Source of the DNA: Gekko japonicus
Lineage: Eukaryota
Length of the DNA: 64,000 nucleotides
Reading direction: 5' to 3'
Assembly: GCF_001447785.1 (NCBI RefSeq)
Contig: NW_015173680.1
Coordinates: 998,686 to 1,062,685 of the forward strand
Made by a program: the position numbers and the translations under genes. The notes under the pieces are model-generated. The model was not told the DNA's origin, did no database searches, and was given only the letters and a program-made list of their open reading frames with translations. Position 1 is the first letter of the stretch. Each line of letters begins with the position of its first letter. Below, one piece after another: positions 1-13,300 of the stretch.

Positions 1-1879
1 ATGTGTTTTTGCACTGTTCTAGTGGAGGAAGCCCATCCCAATTCAAGAAAAGTTAGAAAGCTAGAGGAAAATATTACGGAACACTAATAAAATCCCATTT
101 AGAACAAAGACACTGAACTGCTGTTCTTGCTTATTTAACACAAAAAAAGGAAAGAGAAAAAACAGGAGGTACTCTCTGTGAATGGTACAAGAGAAAACAA
201 GATACAAAACAGAAGGGAGATCTCAGACCACCTCACTTTTGAAGAGAAGACAAAGGAGAGCTCCTGCAGGGAGGGCTGGTCAATGAATCTGCCTGTGCTA
301 AAAAAGGAATCTTCTTTACAGCTGATCTTGACTTGCTGTATGGCTGCTCCTTTCAGTGTGTGCACAAAGTGAAGCAGAAGGTGTGCCACTGTTGATCACT
401 ACAAGTGTACACCAACAGCATGTTCTTTCAAAAAGCATCAAAGCAAGGTTCTCAGGATAGCTCTCTACCATCCCTTCTCTCTGGTAGACAGGGACATGGC
501 CCACGATGGATGGGTCAAGTTCCACCTCTCCCTAAAAGTGACCAATAGGAGCTAAAGCAATGTTGCTAAGTGGAGCAGTTGGAAAACAGCCATTAGTGGA
601 GTGGAGAAAACAGTTGGAAAACAGCCATTAGCAGAGTGAAGTATGTGGCTGAAAAGGAGCTCACCACTGACCGGAAAAAGGTCAGCTTGTAATGAGGAAT
701 CCCAAAAGCCTGAATAGGGAAATAGTTCAAATGTTCAACTGAAAAGAAACTTTGTAACCTCTACCTGATTTTCTCCAATGTTATGTTCAAACCATAAATA
801 AATGCTAACACATTTGTTTCACCCTGTGGGCTGGTTGCTTATTGTCTTAAGGACATACACACAAGCTAAGATCTCAGCTTATATATAAATGTATATTAGA
901 CTATGAATACCTGGTAGCAGCGCACAGATGAAGCATGGTTCAAGTCCCCAACCTCACTAGCTCTGTTCAGTGTCTGAGTGAGGGGTGATCATTAAAGAGG
1001 ACTAGGCTACCCTGTCTGGTAGTGTCTCTGTGAGTGAGAAGGGGAGCTCGTATGTGAAATGGTCATAACTCTCTATATATCTTAAAAGAGGGAAGACATG
1101 TGGTGAACTGTGACTGCCTGACCTACCTGTAACCATGACCCTGTAGGACAGAAATTGTGGAGGGTGGTGGAGACTCTGAGTGAGTGAAACAGTGTCTCAC
1201 AGCCCCCTTCTTTGGTTTCAGCTCTGAGAGGACAGTATGGGGGAGCTTCTAGATAACAAACTCTCAGAAAGCCTTGCATGCTCCATATCTGATTTGTCAT
1301 GCAAAATAAAAAATATCTGCCACTAAGGAGAAAGTCTGTGCAGTCTCCTTACAACTCCAGATAATGCCCGATCTCCTCCTTTTTAGTATTTAATTGTATG
1401 TTTCTAATTTTGAAAAGTATCCTATCCCCAGAGAATGGGGATGAAAAATACTGCTTCACTGACTCTGAAATCTACAGAACCCTGGAAAAACTCTGTACTC
1501 TCATTTGAGACAGGAATAGGAGCGGCTTCCTCTACAAAATCAAACAGGAACTGTAAAAAAAGTTTAGCCCTGTCTCCAAAGTCCAATGGAAGCAACCACC
1601 ATCTTCAGGACGTCTTCCTACTCCAAAGAAAGGTGCATTTTGTTTTTGCATTCCTCACTATGTGCACTGATATCCATACCTGCATTTGAAGGGATGATGA
1701 GAATGAACAAGCAAAACACTCTGGTTAAGCATTAGGTATTCCAGTCATGTGTAGATAAGATACAGAAAATATTATGATTAAAAAGTACAAGCATGTTATG
1801 ATTAAAAAGTGCAAGCATGGAACCTCACCCAACTTAGCAGTCATCTTTTTTCTAAAGTCTACCCCTATTTCATTCTTAC

Positions 1880-1954
1880 CCCTCTGGGCCCATCCACTGT
1901 TAAGAGAGGGAATCCAAGGCACACAACTGCAGTGACCTCCTCAAGCACTGAAAC
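1880..1954 (-). CDS. KANSL3: KANSL3 coding exon 9
   Basis: ttctag|[25 protein letters not shown]|gtaaga, 75 bp; read by hand, absent from the ORF track. Confidence 0.93.
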
Positions 1955-4900
1955 CTAGAAGTGGGGAGAGAAAGTGTCATCACTTAGCAGCACTGCACAA
2001 CTCAGTTGTAGGTATTGGATTTGAGTTTGGGACCAAACAGTTCAATTTAACAGACAAAGTATGATGATATAGCCCTGGCCTGGATAGCCCAGGGAAGCCC
2101 AATCTTGTCAGATCTCGGAAACTAAGCAGGAAGAACCCTGGCAAATAATTGGATGGGTGACCTCCAGAGAATACCAGGGCCAGGAAGCCAGAGGTATGCT
2201 ATCAAGCCACTTATCTGAATGTCCTCCAATGCCCCAGTAGGAGTTGCCAGAGGTCACCATGCGCACACACAAAAATGCAAAGGATGATGATATGAGGATT
2301 CATCGGGGCATCCTTGTCTTGCCAGAGTCATGAATTCCACATGGAGGGGAGGAAAGACACACATGCAGTCAGCAGACAGCTGGCCAATCCCCTTGAGCCA
2401 GAGATGGCCCACTCATCAGAAAAAGTCTGCTCAAGTAAAGGCTTGTGAGCAAGGGTTTACCCCTTGAACAAGGTAAGGGATGTGGCTGGATCACCACACA
2501 TAACAGACAAGATGCCAGCAAAACATTTCCCTCCAGCAAGGGCCAAAAGAGCCCAAGGCTTGGCTCCTTTCTTCACTGAGTTAAATTTGTCAAACATTCC
2601 TCCCTTTTTGATGCTCGTTGTCACCACTGTTCCCTCTAAGCTGAGTTAGTGTGAGCTAGCTCACAGTTTTTTAGCCTCCGGCTCACACATTTTTGTCTTA
2701 GCTCAGGAAGGATGGCTACAGAGCAAACCAATTTAATGCAGTAGTCAAATGGCTTGCTCACAACTGTAATGCCAGAAGCTCACAAAGTAGAATCTTTGTT
2801 CACATGACTCCACAGCTTAGAGGGAACATTGGTTGTCACTGTTAAGACACAGAACAGGTACGATAAGAGGTATGCTGACGACTACATCAACATCCTTAAG
2901 TAACATCTCTGACTACAGTAATGTGCTCTGGAAACTTAACTGCCTCCATCTGAACAGGTGTTTGAACCCCACTTTTACCTTCTGTAAAGTTTATATATAG
3001 TTCCCATGATCTCCTTGCCCAGGGCCACCTATTTAGTTCCATCCCACCTACTGGTTTCTCAATGTCCAGCAACACTTGGACATTCCAGCTACAAAAGCAT
3101 TTTTCTTGTAGGCAATGACAGAACACAGGTACAGGATAAATGGCTCTTTTTGTGTTTTGCCCAGAGAAAAACAGAGCAAGAAAGGCAGTGGGTTGGATCC
3201 AGTGGAGTGTTGTGTGAATGGAAGGGTTTTGTCCAGGGAGTGTAATTTCCTCGCTGCTGTAAACCCAAACTCCATCTTCTAAATGCCATTCGGGGGGGGG
3301 GGTCCCCCCATTCCCCCAGGAGCAGCATTTCAGGGGACATTATGGTTTGGAGCTAGAGAGGGAAGGTAAGAAAGTAATGCTCTGCTGGATTCAAGTACCT
3401 TTTAATTGAACATCTTCCACCGGTATACAAAGATGCACACTTCTACATGAACTAAAGCAAACTGCTACGTATTGTGAAATACATTACAACAGTTTTAGCT
3501 TTAAAAATAACTTCATGTTAAACAGAGTCTTCATTATATGTTCCATTCTGCTTTTGAAACTCAGGTATGAGGCGAAACACAAAGTACTCCCACTATGCAG
3601 AATAATTCTACTAGCCAGTAATGTCATGGATGACCAGGAGAGTCGCTCACTCTGCCTCTCACTTTGATTCATGCCATTCGGTATGCAGGCAAATTCTACA
3701 AGGGCACATTTCAATGATCAAGAAACCCAGTGTAGCAAGGCAGTTTTTTAAACCCTGCAGCAGGAAACTACAGCAGAACTACACTAACTTACTGCTTGCT
3801 AGTGCTGTAGATCAGTACACAGTTACAATGTTATTAAGATAGTAACAAGAAGAAGAATCACATACATGGCAAGCTACCAAGGCTCCTGTGTTCCAGCCTA
3901 TCAGGATGATTGGCTTGTGGGAGAAATGGTTGTGGATCTGGGAAGAGAAAGAGAAAGGGGAAATTAACAGAGAGGCAGACATCAATCTGGCCCAGAACCA
4001 GAAAAAGCCACACAAAGAAAACTGAAAACATTTGGGTTTTTACTCCATAAACGTCAGTTTACTCCATAAACATCCATGAAAGCTCCCATTCTTACTTCTA
4101 ATACTTTGCCTCTCACAGCACCAATCATGTGTTCGAGGCACTGCAACACTCCAACACCACTGCCGTTATTCATCAAATGGGTAGCAACTGGGATCACCTG
4201 CAACGCATCAAAAAAGGAAGCATGCGGGTAAAACAAGTGTGATTCCACCATGGCACAGTTCATGAATTATGACGGTGCCTGAGAATTTCATAAACACAGA
4301 GAAGCAGATGTGTCTCTTATACCCAGACATGGAATCCCAGAGTTAGTTTCCCACCTCAAACACTTCTTGTCTTAACCCCTTTACAAATTGCCAGCATAAC
4401 ACAGCATCCCATCCACCTGCTCCCTGATTGGGCATGCCCCAAGAAACTTGGTGGGCGGATAACTGGACTGCCGCTATGACACATGGTTATTTTCCACTGG
4501 CTTTGAATCAAACCTAATTCAAGAAGGGAACACAATGGTAAAGGTGGCTCTGCTCCTCAAGTTCTGCTGAGGGAAATCCAAAGCATGCAATGGAATTGTA
4601 CAGAAAAGCTCCATACATGCCACAAGGAGGAGCAGGCAGTAATGAAATCACACAAACCTTTCCCAAACAAGAGAGCTGGGATTGCCAGAATCGATGCCGA
4701 CGAGAAGTAGGAAACATTGAATTGGAAGGTCCAGAAGATGCCAGCAGGATCAGGGGAGAACCAGGCAGCTTGCTCTTGAAAAACAAATAAAGTAAACCTA
4801 AAGTTCATTTGACAGATTGCAAGAGCTACTTCTTGCAGAATTCCGGAAGCCAGATAAGTCAGAAGTGGCACATGCAAGAGGCACGTGAAGAATTTAACAA

Positions 4901-7900
4901 GATATTTAAGCATTAGCAGGACACTCAGCCTTAGCCAGTTTATAAAAGGCTGATTCAGGGCCATTCATCTAAGGAAAGAAAAAACAAAAATACTCAGTTC
5001 TCCAGGGATTAAAAAATCTGTTTGTTTAAGAGTACACCCAGGGACAGCTAGAGAATTTGCAGGAGTAGGATATATTCATGACAATGAGGTTCCAGAAAAA
5101 CAGACATCAAAATAACCCCCCCAGGGCAGCTTATTTGCTGAAGGCACACACAACGGACTTACTGGTTTGTTATGTGAAAGGACTCCCACAGCTGGGTCCC
5201 ATGGTCTCTTCAGCAAGAGGGACAGAGCTTCAGCGCCTGTTTTTGCAGAAGATGACAACAGCATCCGATCAATCAGGGTGGGAATCTGAAACCAACAAAA
5301 AGATGTTATGGACTTCATTAACACATGCATTTGATCGGCATGGTATTGCATTTAAAATTTATTTTATTCTTTAGTACCTCTCTGCAGCCTGCATCAACAA
5401 ACTGTATTTTATTGCTCTGTCAAATTAAAAAATAGGCTTGATTTACACACGCAGCAGAATGCGGCAGCAAGATGAACAGCACAGCGTCACAGTGAATGTG
5501 GAGGACCACAATTTGGATCCATCCCTAGATTTTAAAATCCCTGCAGACAGAAAATTAGCATAGCCAGCAGAGTGCGGTTAGAACTTTTCCCCGTGTGGTG
5601 CTTGCTTCCCATGTATATAGAGTTTTTTAATGCAAAGGAACTATCATATCAGGACTCTGACTCTTCGGCATGTGCAAACCATGTCACAGAGGACCATTTG
5701 GGGACTGGACTAGAACCAAGCTGCTATTGTTGAACATGCACTTAATGGGTTAGGACAATTTCTCATACTACTGCAAAGTTAAGGAAGGGCCCAGTCCTGG
5801 GTACTGCACCCATGACTATGGTTGAGTCATAATTTAAATCACAACTGTGCATAAAATGTACTTTCCTAAGCTCACAACAAGATTAATGCGCATTTCCCTG
5901 CAGAAGAAATGTAGAAAGGAGGATCAAGAAAATCGAGAGTCTTTAAACTCATGTTAATCACCTTTCCCTTAAGAGTCTGTAAAGCATCCAGGTAAGCAGC
6001 CAGCATAGGCAAACTGAGGGTCTCCACCAGAGTTGAGTGAAGCCACTGGATCAGCTTGGTATCCCAACTGATGCTTGCCAGAGCCTGGCGGACCCGTCGA
6101 GCACATTTGTCCACTGCTATCCTCCTTAGCACTGGCTCATTGGACGCCTTAGGAAAAACAAATAACAAAGACACACAGTGATGTCAGCAAAATAAAGCAT
6201 GCCAGTCAGAATACAGTTATAGAGGAAGTTTGGACATACTGTCCTCAGATTTATGGGCAGAAGCAGAACCTTCTCAAGACCACAGAACTACAAGGGGAAT
6301 GTGCAGGAGGACCTTTGTTTAATAGGTCAGAGCAACTGGATGCTCAAACTAGACAAAACGGCTAACACACGCAGAAAGAGAGGGAAAAGAGGATGCCCTT
6401 ACCCCCTCATTGGCTAACCGAGCCAGCCTGTCAGACTGCAAGGCTTTCAGGATTTTATTGAACAGCTTGTTCTGGGCCACAGTCCAACCTGACCTGGAAA
6501 ACACAAAGCCAGTTAGTAGTTCAGCTTCCAAATCAACAACTGATGGAACCCACACTTTACAAGTTCCAAACCCCTTTTTTCAGAATACAAGCAGTATCTG
6601 GATGACAGACCTGTAACACATGGTTTTAAACGTAATCTGGTAAATAAACCATGGGGAAACCCCCCATACATACAGAAGTCACAAAACCTCTTGCATAAGA
6701 ACTGTTTCTCAAGTGATGATTTTCCAATGCGCACCACTGTGTAGTTATGATGAGCACTCTATTATGAAAAAGTGGCTTATTTGGCTCCATTGATTCACTA
6801 TTGACTGAGTACTGTCAGCAGATAAAATACACTTCACACAAGGTGATGTCCTGCATGGATGTTACTTTTGTGCAGAAAAATTGCATCTTTGGTTGTGTTC
6901 ACTGTTTTGTGATATTATAACTGGGCCTAATAAAAACTAATGCACAATTTTTGGTTTTTTAATATTACTGTTCCAGTGTTTTACAAACATATCAAGGGGC
7001 TGTGGAATTCTGAAATCCTAAACTTATGACTGGTAACATTTACGCAAACTATGCATTTATACATTTGAATGTTTTACAAAACTTACAATACTTTTCTAAC
7101 TGTAAATACAGATTAGAACTTGGAAACTCACAGCATGTTTTCAAGATTTGACAGACAGAAATTTGTTCTTAAAAATTAATCAAAACACTACTGGATTTCT
7201 TATTAAATACCATATCCCATGCTTTGTGTTGCAAATACAGTCATGCTAATTTTTAGACCTCCTGACCACAATGAACAAGGCAACAATTCCACTGCAAGTA
7301 AGCACCAATATTCTACATAGCTTATTTTGCAGATACTTCCTGTAACTCTATCAATTATAAAGCTAACAAAATATTACTAGAAAAGTATCAGAATGTACTG
7401 CCTGGGTGTTTTGGAATCCAACGTCAAATGACAAAACCTTAATACTGCCTGGCCCCAAGTTATATCTGGGCTCAAAAATCAAGGAAAAAAACTTACATGC
7501 AAATAAATAGCTCCACAACATATACTATGATCTGCAGCAACCCACGACCCCATCTAGTACCTGTTCATATGTTCCTCCCAGTCATCAGGTGGAGGAGGAG
7601 TATCTGTATCTGTGCGGGCAAAAATCACATGACGCTCACACTCATTCATCACAGTGCGGGCTTTCTGGTTGTCATAGAGTGGCACAGGTGTAGGTGTCAC
7701 CGTTTCTACATCAATGGGAACATCTGCCTCACTGAAAAGAGACACAGACCATTCAAGGAATTTGCTCCCCCCCTTCATAATTCTAATTAAATCAGCAGGT
7801 CTGTCAAAAGGGAGATAAAAACACTCCACACAAGTTGTATGTATTCACATGTCTATGGGTCAAATTTACCACACAAGGGCCTCTAGAACAGTGATACTCA

Positions 7901-8530
7901 CTCAGTGGCTCTACAGCCATATGCGGCTCATTGACATGCCACTTGGGGCTCTTCTGAGCACTGTACCCCAATGTGGCATCTGCCCCAAATTTCAGAAAAG
8001 TTGGCAAGGACCTTACCCAGTGTACTCATGGTTAGCATGTAATTTCCAACATGAATCAATGACCACAGAGAAACAGGTAAACTGCAAGCTTCCATGAGAT
8101 GCAGGCCTCATGCCAGAGGTGGAAGGAAATGTAGCTCTTCTGGTAGGTGAAATGAAAATGAGACTCTCTGTGAGCCCTAGAGTGGGTACTACTGCTCTAC
8201 AATATGCTCTGGTTCTATAATTCCATTTTAAAACATACACACAAGCTAAGAAGAGGGAATTACAACCATATCCATAAAGCCTTCAGCACGACTTTCATGC
8301 AGTCAAACTCACATGGCACTACTATCTTGATGCCTCCTGGGAGTGACAAAGAGCAAGCGAGTTGGACGGGCATTGCTAGCATCAGGATGCGCACTCCAGG
8401 GCTTAGCATAACTGTGATCCAGGAAGACCAAGTCCAGTTCTCGTTCATGGACCGACAGCTGAAAAAGCAGAGAGGTCCCCATTCTCCGAGCTGAGGTCTG
8501 GAAGTCCCGTTCGTTGTTTCGATAAGACAT
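1880..8530 (-). CDS. KANSL3: KAT8 regulatory NSL complex subunit 3; span of 9 coding exons, 3' part lies beyond the left edge of the window
   Basis: Spliced translation [45 protein letters not shown]...[36 protein letters not shown] matches the vertebrate KANSL3 N-terminal half as recalled. All introns are GT-AG and phases are consistent. Confidence 0.97.
2071..2283 (+). mobile_element. 5S rRNA-derived SINE
   Basis: Head resembles 5S rRNA (gccc.atct.gtcagatctcggaa.ctaagcagg...ttggatggg.gacc), A-rich tail, TSD ATGATGATAT. Confidence 0.8.
2625..2831. mobile_element. hAT MITE
   Basis: TIR CA(C/G)TGTTCCCTCTAAGCTG...CAGCTTAGAGGGAACATTG, 8-bp TSD GTTGTCAC. Confidence 0.88.
3866..3937 (-). CDS. 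KANSL3: KANSL3 coding exon 8
   Basis: [24 protein letters not shown], 72 bp. Confidence 0.95.
4096..4197 (-). CDS. KANSL3: KANSL3 coding exon 7
   Basis: [34 protein letters not shown], 102 bp. Confidence 0.95.
4658..4774 (-). CDS. KANSL3: KANSL3 coding exon 6
   Basis: [10 protein letters not shown]...[12 protein letters not shown], 117 bp. Confidence 0.95.
5163..5285 (-). CDS. KANSL3: KANSL3 coding exon 5
   Basis: IPTLIDRM...[17 protein letters not shown], 123 bp. Confidence 0.95.
5962..6147 (-). CDS. KANSL3: KANSL3 coding exon 4
   Basis: [18 protein letters not shown]...LQTLKGK, 186 bp. Confidence 0.95.
6403..6493 (-). CDS. KANSL3: KANSL3 coding exon 3
   Basis: [30 protein letters not shown], 91 bp, ag/gtaagg. 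Confidence 0.95.
7561..7731 (-). CDS. KANSL3: KANSL3 coding exon 2
   Basis: ttttcag|..[11 protein letters not shown]...DWEEHMNR|gtacta, 171 bp. Confidence 0.95.
7889..8194. mobile_element. Old hAT-Charlie-like MITE
   Basis: Imperfect TIR CAGTGATACTCACT / AGTGGGTACTACTG, TSD CTCTAGAA/CTCTACAA; related copy near 29451. Confidence 0.7.
8313..8530 (-). CDS. KANSL3: KANSL3 first coding exon
   Basis: ATG at 8530, [39 protein letters not shown], donor GTGAGT at 8312. Probable acceptor near 8600. Confidence 0.95.
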
Positions 8531-8849
8531 GTCTCAGCCAAGCACTTCTGTTGCTAACGCCAGCACAGATGATTCTTACACCTCCTCATCACTGCTGCTC
8601 TGGATGGAAAAAGCACAGGTAAGTGACACGGAAAAGTAAGCTCTGTCTCTTAACCACATTCTCCGGCTCACTCCCTCTACACATGCAACCACCCCGGCCA
8701 AGTTCAACCGCAAACAGGGTCCAGAAAATACTTGCCAGTAGCACCTCCAGCCTCCCCTACCCACATCTCAGCCAGTCACTACAGCCACATCAGGAGGCCC
8801 TACAGCCTCAGGAAACAGTCCCTCGCCTTTATCGCCTTTCCAGAGATAA

Positions 8850-10340
8850 CCCAACAGCCGAATTCAGCCCCAAAGAAACACCCGCCCGGGCCAACCGCGC
8901 CATCCCAAAATCTCCTCCGCTCACCCTGCCTACCTACCTACCTACACGGGAACGAAATGGATCGGCGAGAGTTTGGGGCAAGGCAAAAGGACGGGCTCAA
9001 TTCAAACAACCCACGGCGCAGTCAAGCCTCTCCGTGGCCGAAGGAGAGAAGGGCGAGGATGCTGCTGCAGCAGCAGGAAAGGCGGGGAGGACGAAGGCCC
9101 CCCCCCCCCACGCCGATGACAAAGCGGCCTCGAGGCTTCGCTAACGGAGACTAGGGGCTCTCCTCAGCCCTCCCGGCGAGGGGGTCGCGGCCCGCCTCTG
9201 CCCTGCCACGCAGCCGGGGAGTTGTTGCAGGGGCGATCCATGGCGATGAGGAGAGGGCCGGGAGCGCCAAAGCCGGCCCCCTCCTAGACCAGGGCCCGCT
9301 ACCACCTCCTGGGCCCCGGACTGGGAGAAGAGGAGCGCGAGGCAGGGGGACAAGAGTTGTATGGAGCGACCGCGCTATTCCTCTAACCCCCGCGAAGCGG
9401 AGGTTCCGCTGAGCATGTGCAGAGCGCCACGCCCCAACAGCCCTCTCAGCCGCCAGGCCTTTCACTCGATCCCGCAGCCTGTCGACGCCACCCGCCAGGC
9501 GGGGCAGGCCTCAGACGGCCCAGCGTCGCGCGCATGCTCAGCTTCCCGACTGTAGCCGCCTGCAAGTTGTGGCTGCGGGAATCCTGGAGCGGAGTCTACG
9601 TCTAAAAGGACAGGTGAAAACGGCCGGCGGAGGTGGCTGGAGAGGACTAGAGGTTCGTCCTCCATCATGCAGGGCCTCTGACAGGAAACTAACAGGGACC
9701 GAGGTCGTCGGGGAAAGAGGGAGCGGGTCTTGCCAGCGGGATCGCGCTCGAAGGCTGTAGCCTGTACTGAAGGCATCCGTACGAACAACAAGGGTGGGTC
9801 AGAAACGGACAGGCCTGTGCTTCGCCCGCTGAGCTGTAGGGGTCGCTGCCGAGAGCTTTAAAAGTAACGCCGGCGCAGGTCCGTCTTGACGGACGTGAGG
9901 ACGTTGTAGGAAGGCCGAGGGGCGGTGGCGTGGCGGCTCACGTATTCCGCGGAAGAACCGGAAGCGGCTGGTGGGCCAACCTGGGCAGTAAGCGGCGGAG
10001 CCATGGGCAAGAAGTCGAAGACCAGCATTCCGGAAAGGTGAGGGAGCGGCCCCCGTCAGCAACCTTTAGGTGGGACCGGTGGTATCCGCCTTTCTTTCAG
10101 AGTCTACCCCCGATCTGCCTGGTACTGAATCCGGTTGCGTGTCGATCGCAGCCATTTTGTGTCGCGCAGGCCAGCCCCCGATCTAGAAAAGGGCCTAGTG
10201 AGGCCTGGGTAGATTCCAGAAGCGACAGAGAGGGTTGAGAACAATGGGGTGTTAGTTAAAGGGGGAAGGACAGATCGCCCCCCTGAAGCTCCTGGCCTTA
10301 AAAAGTCCCAGAAGGAAAGATTTGGAGGCGCACCCCCGCA
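8850..10340. promoter_or_regulatory. CpG island, probable bidirectional promoter of KANSL3 and DUSP11
   Basis: High GC and CpG between two divergent genes. ETS-like CCGGAAG near 9958, NRF1-like GCGCATGC near 9530, GC box GGGGCGG near 9920. Confidence 0.85.
10003..10037 (+). CDS. DUSP11: DUSP11 exon 1 (coding part)
   Basis: Strong Kozak gccATGG, MGKKSKTSIPER, donor AG|GTGAGG. Confidence 0.88.
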
Positions 10341-13300
10341 CACACACACACACACCTTTGGGATCTCTAAGAACACTGAGGCTCATGTTGCAAAGCAAAA
10401 AAGAAGGCGCTGCTTCCTACTCTTTTGGGGCGTCCTGGTGTTACTTAATGAAGCAGGAGTCCAGTGGCATCTGAAACAATTAAAAAAAAACTTCTAGTAT
10501 AAGCTTTTGTGAGTCAGAACTCATTCATGAATGAGTTAGTGCACCTGTGAAGAAATATGTATTTTCTTTGGAGGTTTGAAATGAGCAAAACCTTAACTTT
10601 GAGTTTTAAAAGTCTCTCCCCCCCCCCTCTGAGCAGAGAACCTTCATACATATGCCAGTGTGTCAAGACAATGGGATGGTCAGGCCCCCGCAGCAGGGAA
10701 CAGAGACCTCCAGGTGTTAAATACTAGAGAAACTACAGGAAAGAATTCCTGAAGAATCTCCAGGAAAAGCTTATCTGACTTGGTCATGGGTGGGGAAAAG
10801 AGAGGTGACTAACCTCTGGAAGCAAGAAGAAGTGGAGAAGAAATTGGATTTATACCCCACCCTTCACTCAGAGTCTCAGAGCGGTTTACAATCTCCTTTC
10901 CCTTCCCCCTCCCCCTCCCCACAACAGATGCCCTATGAGATAGGTGGGGCCAAGAGAGCTCTTTTGAGAACTGCTTGTGAGAGGACAGCTCTGAAACAAT
11001 TGTAACTGACCCAAGGTCACATCAGCAGTATGTAGAGCAGTATATGCAGTATGTGGAGGAGTGAGGAATCAAACCCAGTTATCCCAGATTAGAGTTCACA
11101 TTCCTAACAACTACACCAAAGGAAGGTTTCTTTTGTGCTGAGACCATCAGAGCAGACAAAACTCTTAACTGAGGTCTGGAGGTGGTGCCATTAACCATGT
11201 GCTTGCCTGGAGAGCTGGAGGACCCTTCAAGGTACTGGTTACACTGTAGAGATCTATAACTTCCTAAACTGAGGCGTCTGTCCTATATTTTAACAATCTG
11301 TTAGGGCAGGTATAGAGAGAGGGATGGAAGAATTGTGTTTTACCCATTTCTTTTTAATCCCTTGCTCAAATCTGGTGCTGTGCTAAAAGTATGCTTGTAA
11401 ACATTTTCTTTTTAATAAATACTTTATAACTTTTGATGTGGGTAGTGGTTTTCTGTACCATATAGATCTCCACCATCTTGGACATGCTATTTTAAAAGGA
11501 GCACTAGTGGGAAGGCAGTCAGTTGGCAAGTGGCTATTTCTCCAGGGGTGCACAAGGCAGTAAACGGTCCCATAGCGACCAGGCAGTGGGAGACATGGAG
11601 GCAAGACCTCAGAACTTGGAGGGGAAGCTGGGAATCCTGACCCTCCCAGCAGGCAATTCTTCAGGTGGTGGTAGTGGTTACCTCAGAGAGAAAGAACAGC
11701 CTCTCCAGGTGTTAACCTTGGAGGACAGGGTGAAACAAGGCCTGGAGGTTGGAGCAGGCCCGTTTCACGACAGTACCTTACAGGCATTCTGTACTCCGTG
11801 AGTAGGAGGGTGAGAACTTAAATATGTGCACCTGGTTTGGATTTCCACCTCAATACAATTGGCTTAACCTATCATGGTTGGATGTCCCTTTCTGTTTAAT
11901 ATATCTAAATTATTTATGCATGGTTTTCAACAATGGTTGGCAAGGGATATATCTTTAACATGGGAAGACAAGTCCTATTGATTTCAGTGTCTGAGGAAGT
12001 TTGGTTACATTTTTTGCAGCCTTATAGACCTAGATATGCACACACACTGCAGTTCAAAACAGTGTAGAATAACTGTGAGGTCTCTCTTCTAGATGGACTG
12101 AGTACCTACCTCTTGGAAAAAGAATGCCTGGAACCCGGTTTATTGCTTTTAAAGTTCCTCTTCAAAAGGTAGGTAAAGTGTTTGGAGATGTTAACTGTTA
12201 AATTACTTTTTGCTTTTGATTTAGTAGTGTTGATATCCATAAAGCAAATAAGACAGTTGGCAGTGTAAAGATTTGGTCAGCTTTTTAAAGAGAATTCTGT
12301 GTTTGCCCATACTAAGCTAGCATTGGATGAGGTATGAGAATGTGAACTGGTTGGCTTAATAGTGTGTATAAGAGAATAGATGCAAGATAAAACAGCATTT
12401 CTGGGGCTTGATAAGAGGTACAGACATTGTGCCAGAATTATGCCTCTGGCACAAAATGTTAAATTGGACAGGGATTTGTGTCAAGAACAACAAAAGTACT
12501 TTTCAGATCAGTTTTGCCTCATGCCTGTAGTCAAACTGATCGTGATACCTGATCCATATCTGAATGAGGAGACTTCCTGTCCCATTGCTTGGTCAAATTA
12601 GCAGTTTGATGCAGGGGTTTTCTGAATAATGTATCTGGTTTAGCCTTGATCTGTTTGCATTGTGCATGATTTGCTGCCCTAGATTTTATCTGTATGAAAC
12701 AACTACATTCATCTGATTCTAAATGTACGTATCTGTCTAGTATATTTTTATCTCACACTTTGTCCAAGAAGTTCAGGGTGGTATATGTGATTCTTCCTTC
12801 CACATTTTATCCTAACTTTCCCTGAAAGGAGGAAGAAAGCTTCTATGGGTTGCCAATGTTTGCTTCTCGGTAAGGTCTAGAGGCTACAGGCTTAACGTGT
12901 CTAGGAAGTTATAGATGTTTATATATAAACTAGGGAGCAAAGCCCGTTGTGGACGGAGACAACGGGCCCCTAGACAGGTAGGGTGGGTGGGTGGAAGAAG
13001 GAAGGAAGGGGGGAGGGAGAGAGAGAGGAAGAAGAAAGAGAGAGAGAGAGAAAGTGGGGGGGGGGCAAAGAAAGCTTCCCCCGTTTGTCCGGCTTTCCAG
13101 GTGGGTTGGCGAAGTGGGGCGGGGACAGTTGGGGGGGGGAAGGAAGCGGCGACTCTGGGCCTGGCGAGGCCCAGAGAAGCCGCGGGGACAGTGGGGGGGA
13201 GAAGGAAGCGGCGATTCTGGGCCTCGCGAGGCCCAGAGAAGCCACGGGGACAGTGGGGGGGGAGAAGGAAGCAGCAGGCTGCGGTGTGGGGCGCATTGCT

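Noticed and set aside
540-1085. LTR/Gypsy remnant (AATAAA, TGGTAGCAGCG PBS-like motif)
   Set aside because: Plausible, but I could not define TG...CA ends or a TSD.
1772-1820. Short local tandem duplications (also near 577, 4038, 39087, 54674, 59146)
   Set aside because: Ordinary replication-slippage duplications with no further structure.
2071-2283. 5S rRNA gene (also at 14677, 27286, 38403, 50536, 52447)
   Set aside because: The heads are diverged and fused to a shared non-5S body with A-rich tails and, in some copies, TSDs, so these are SINEs.
7889-8194. Conserved duplicated ncRNA shared with 29451-29680
   Set aside because: It has hAT-type TIRs and an 8-bp CTCTAGAA-like TSD, so it is an old MITE.
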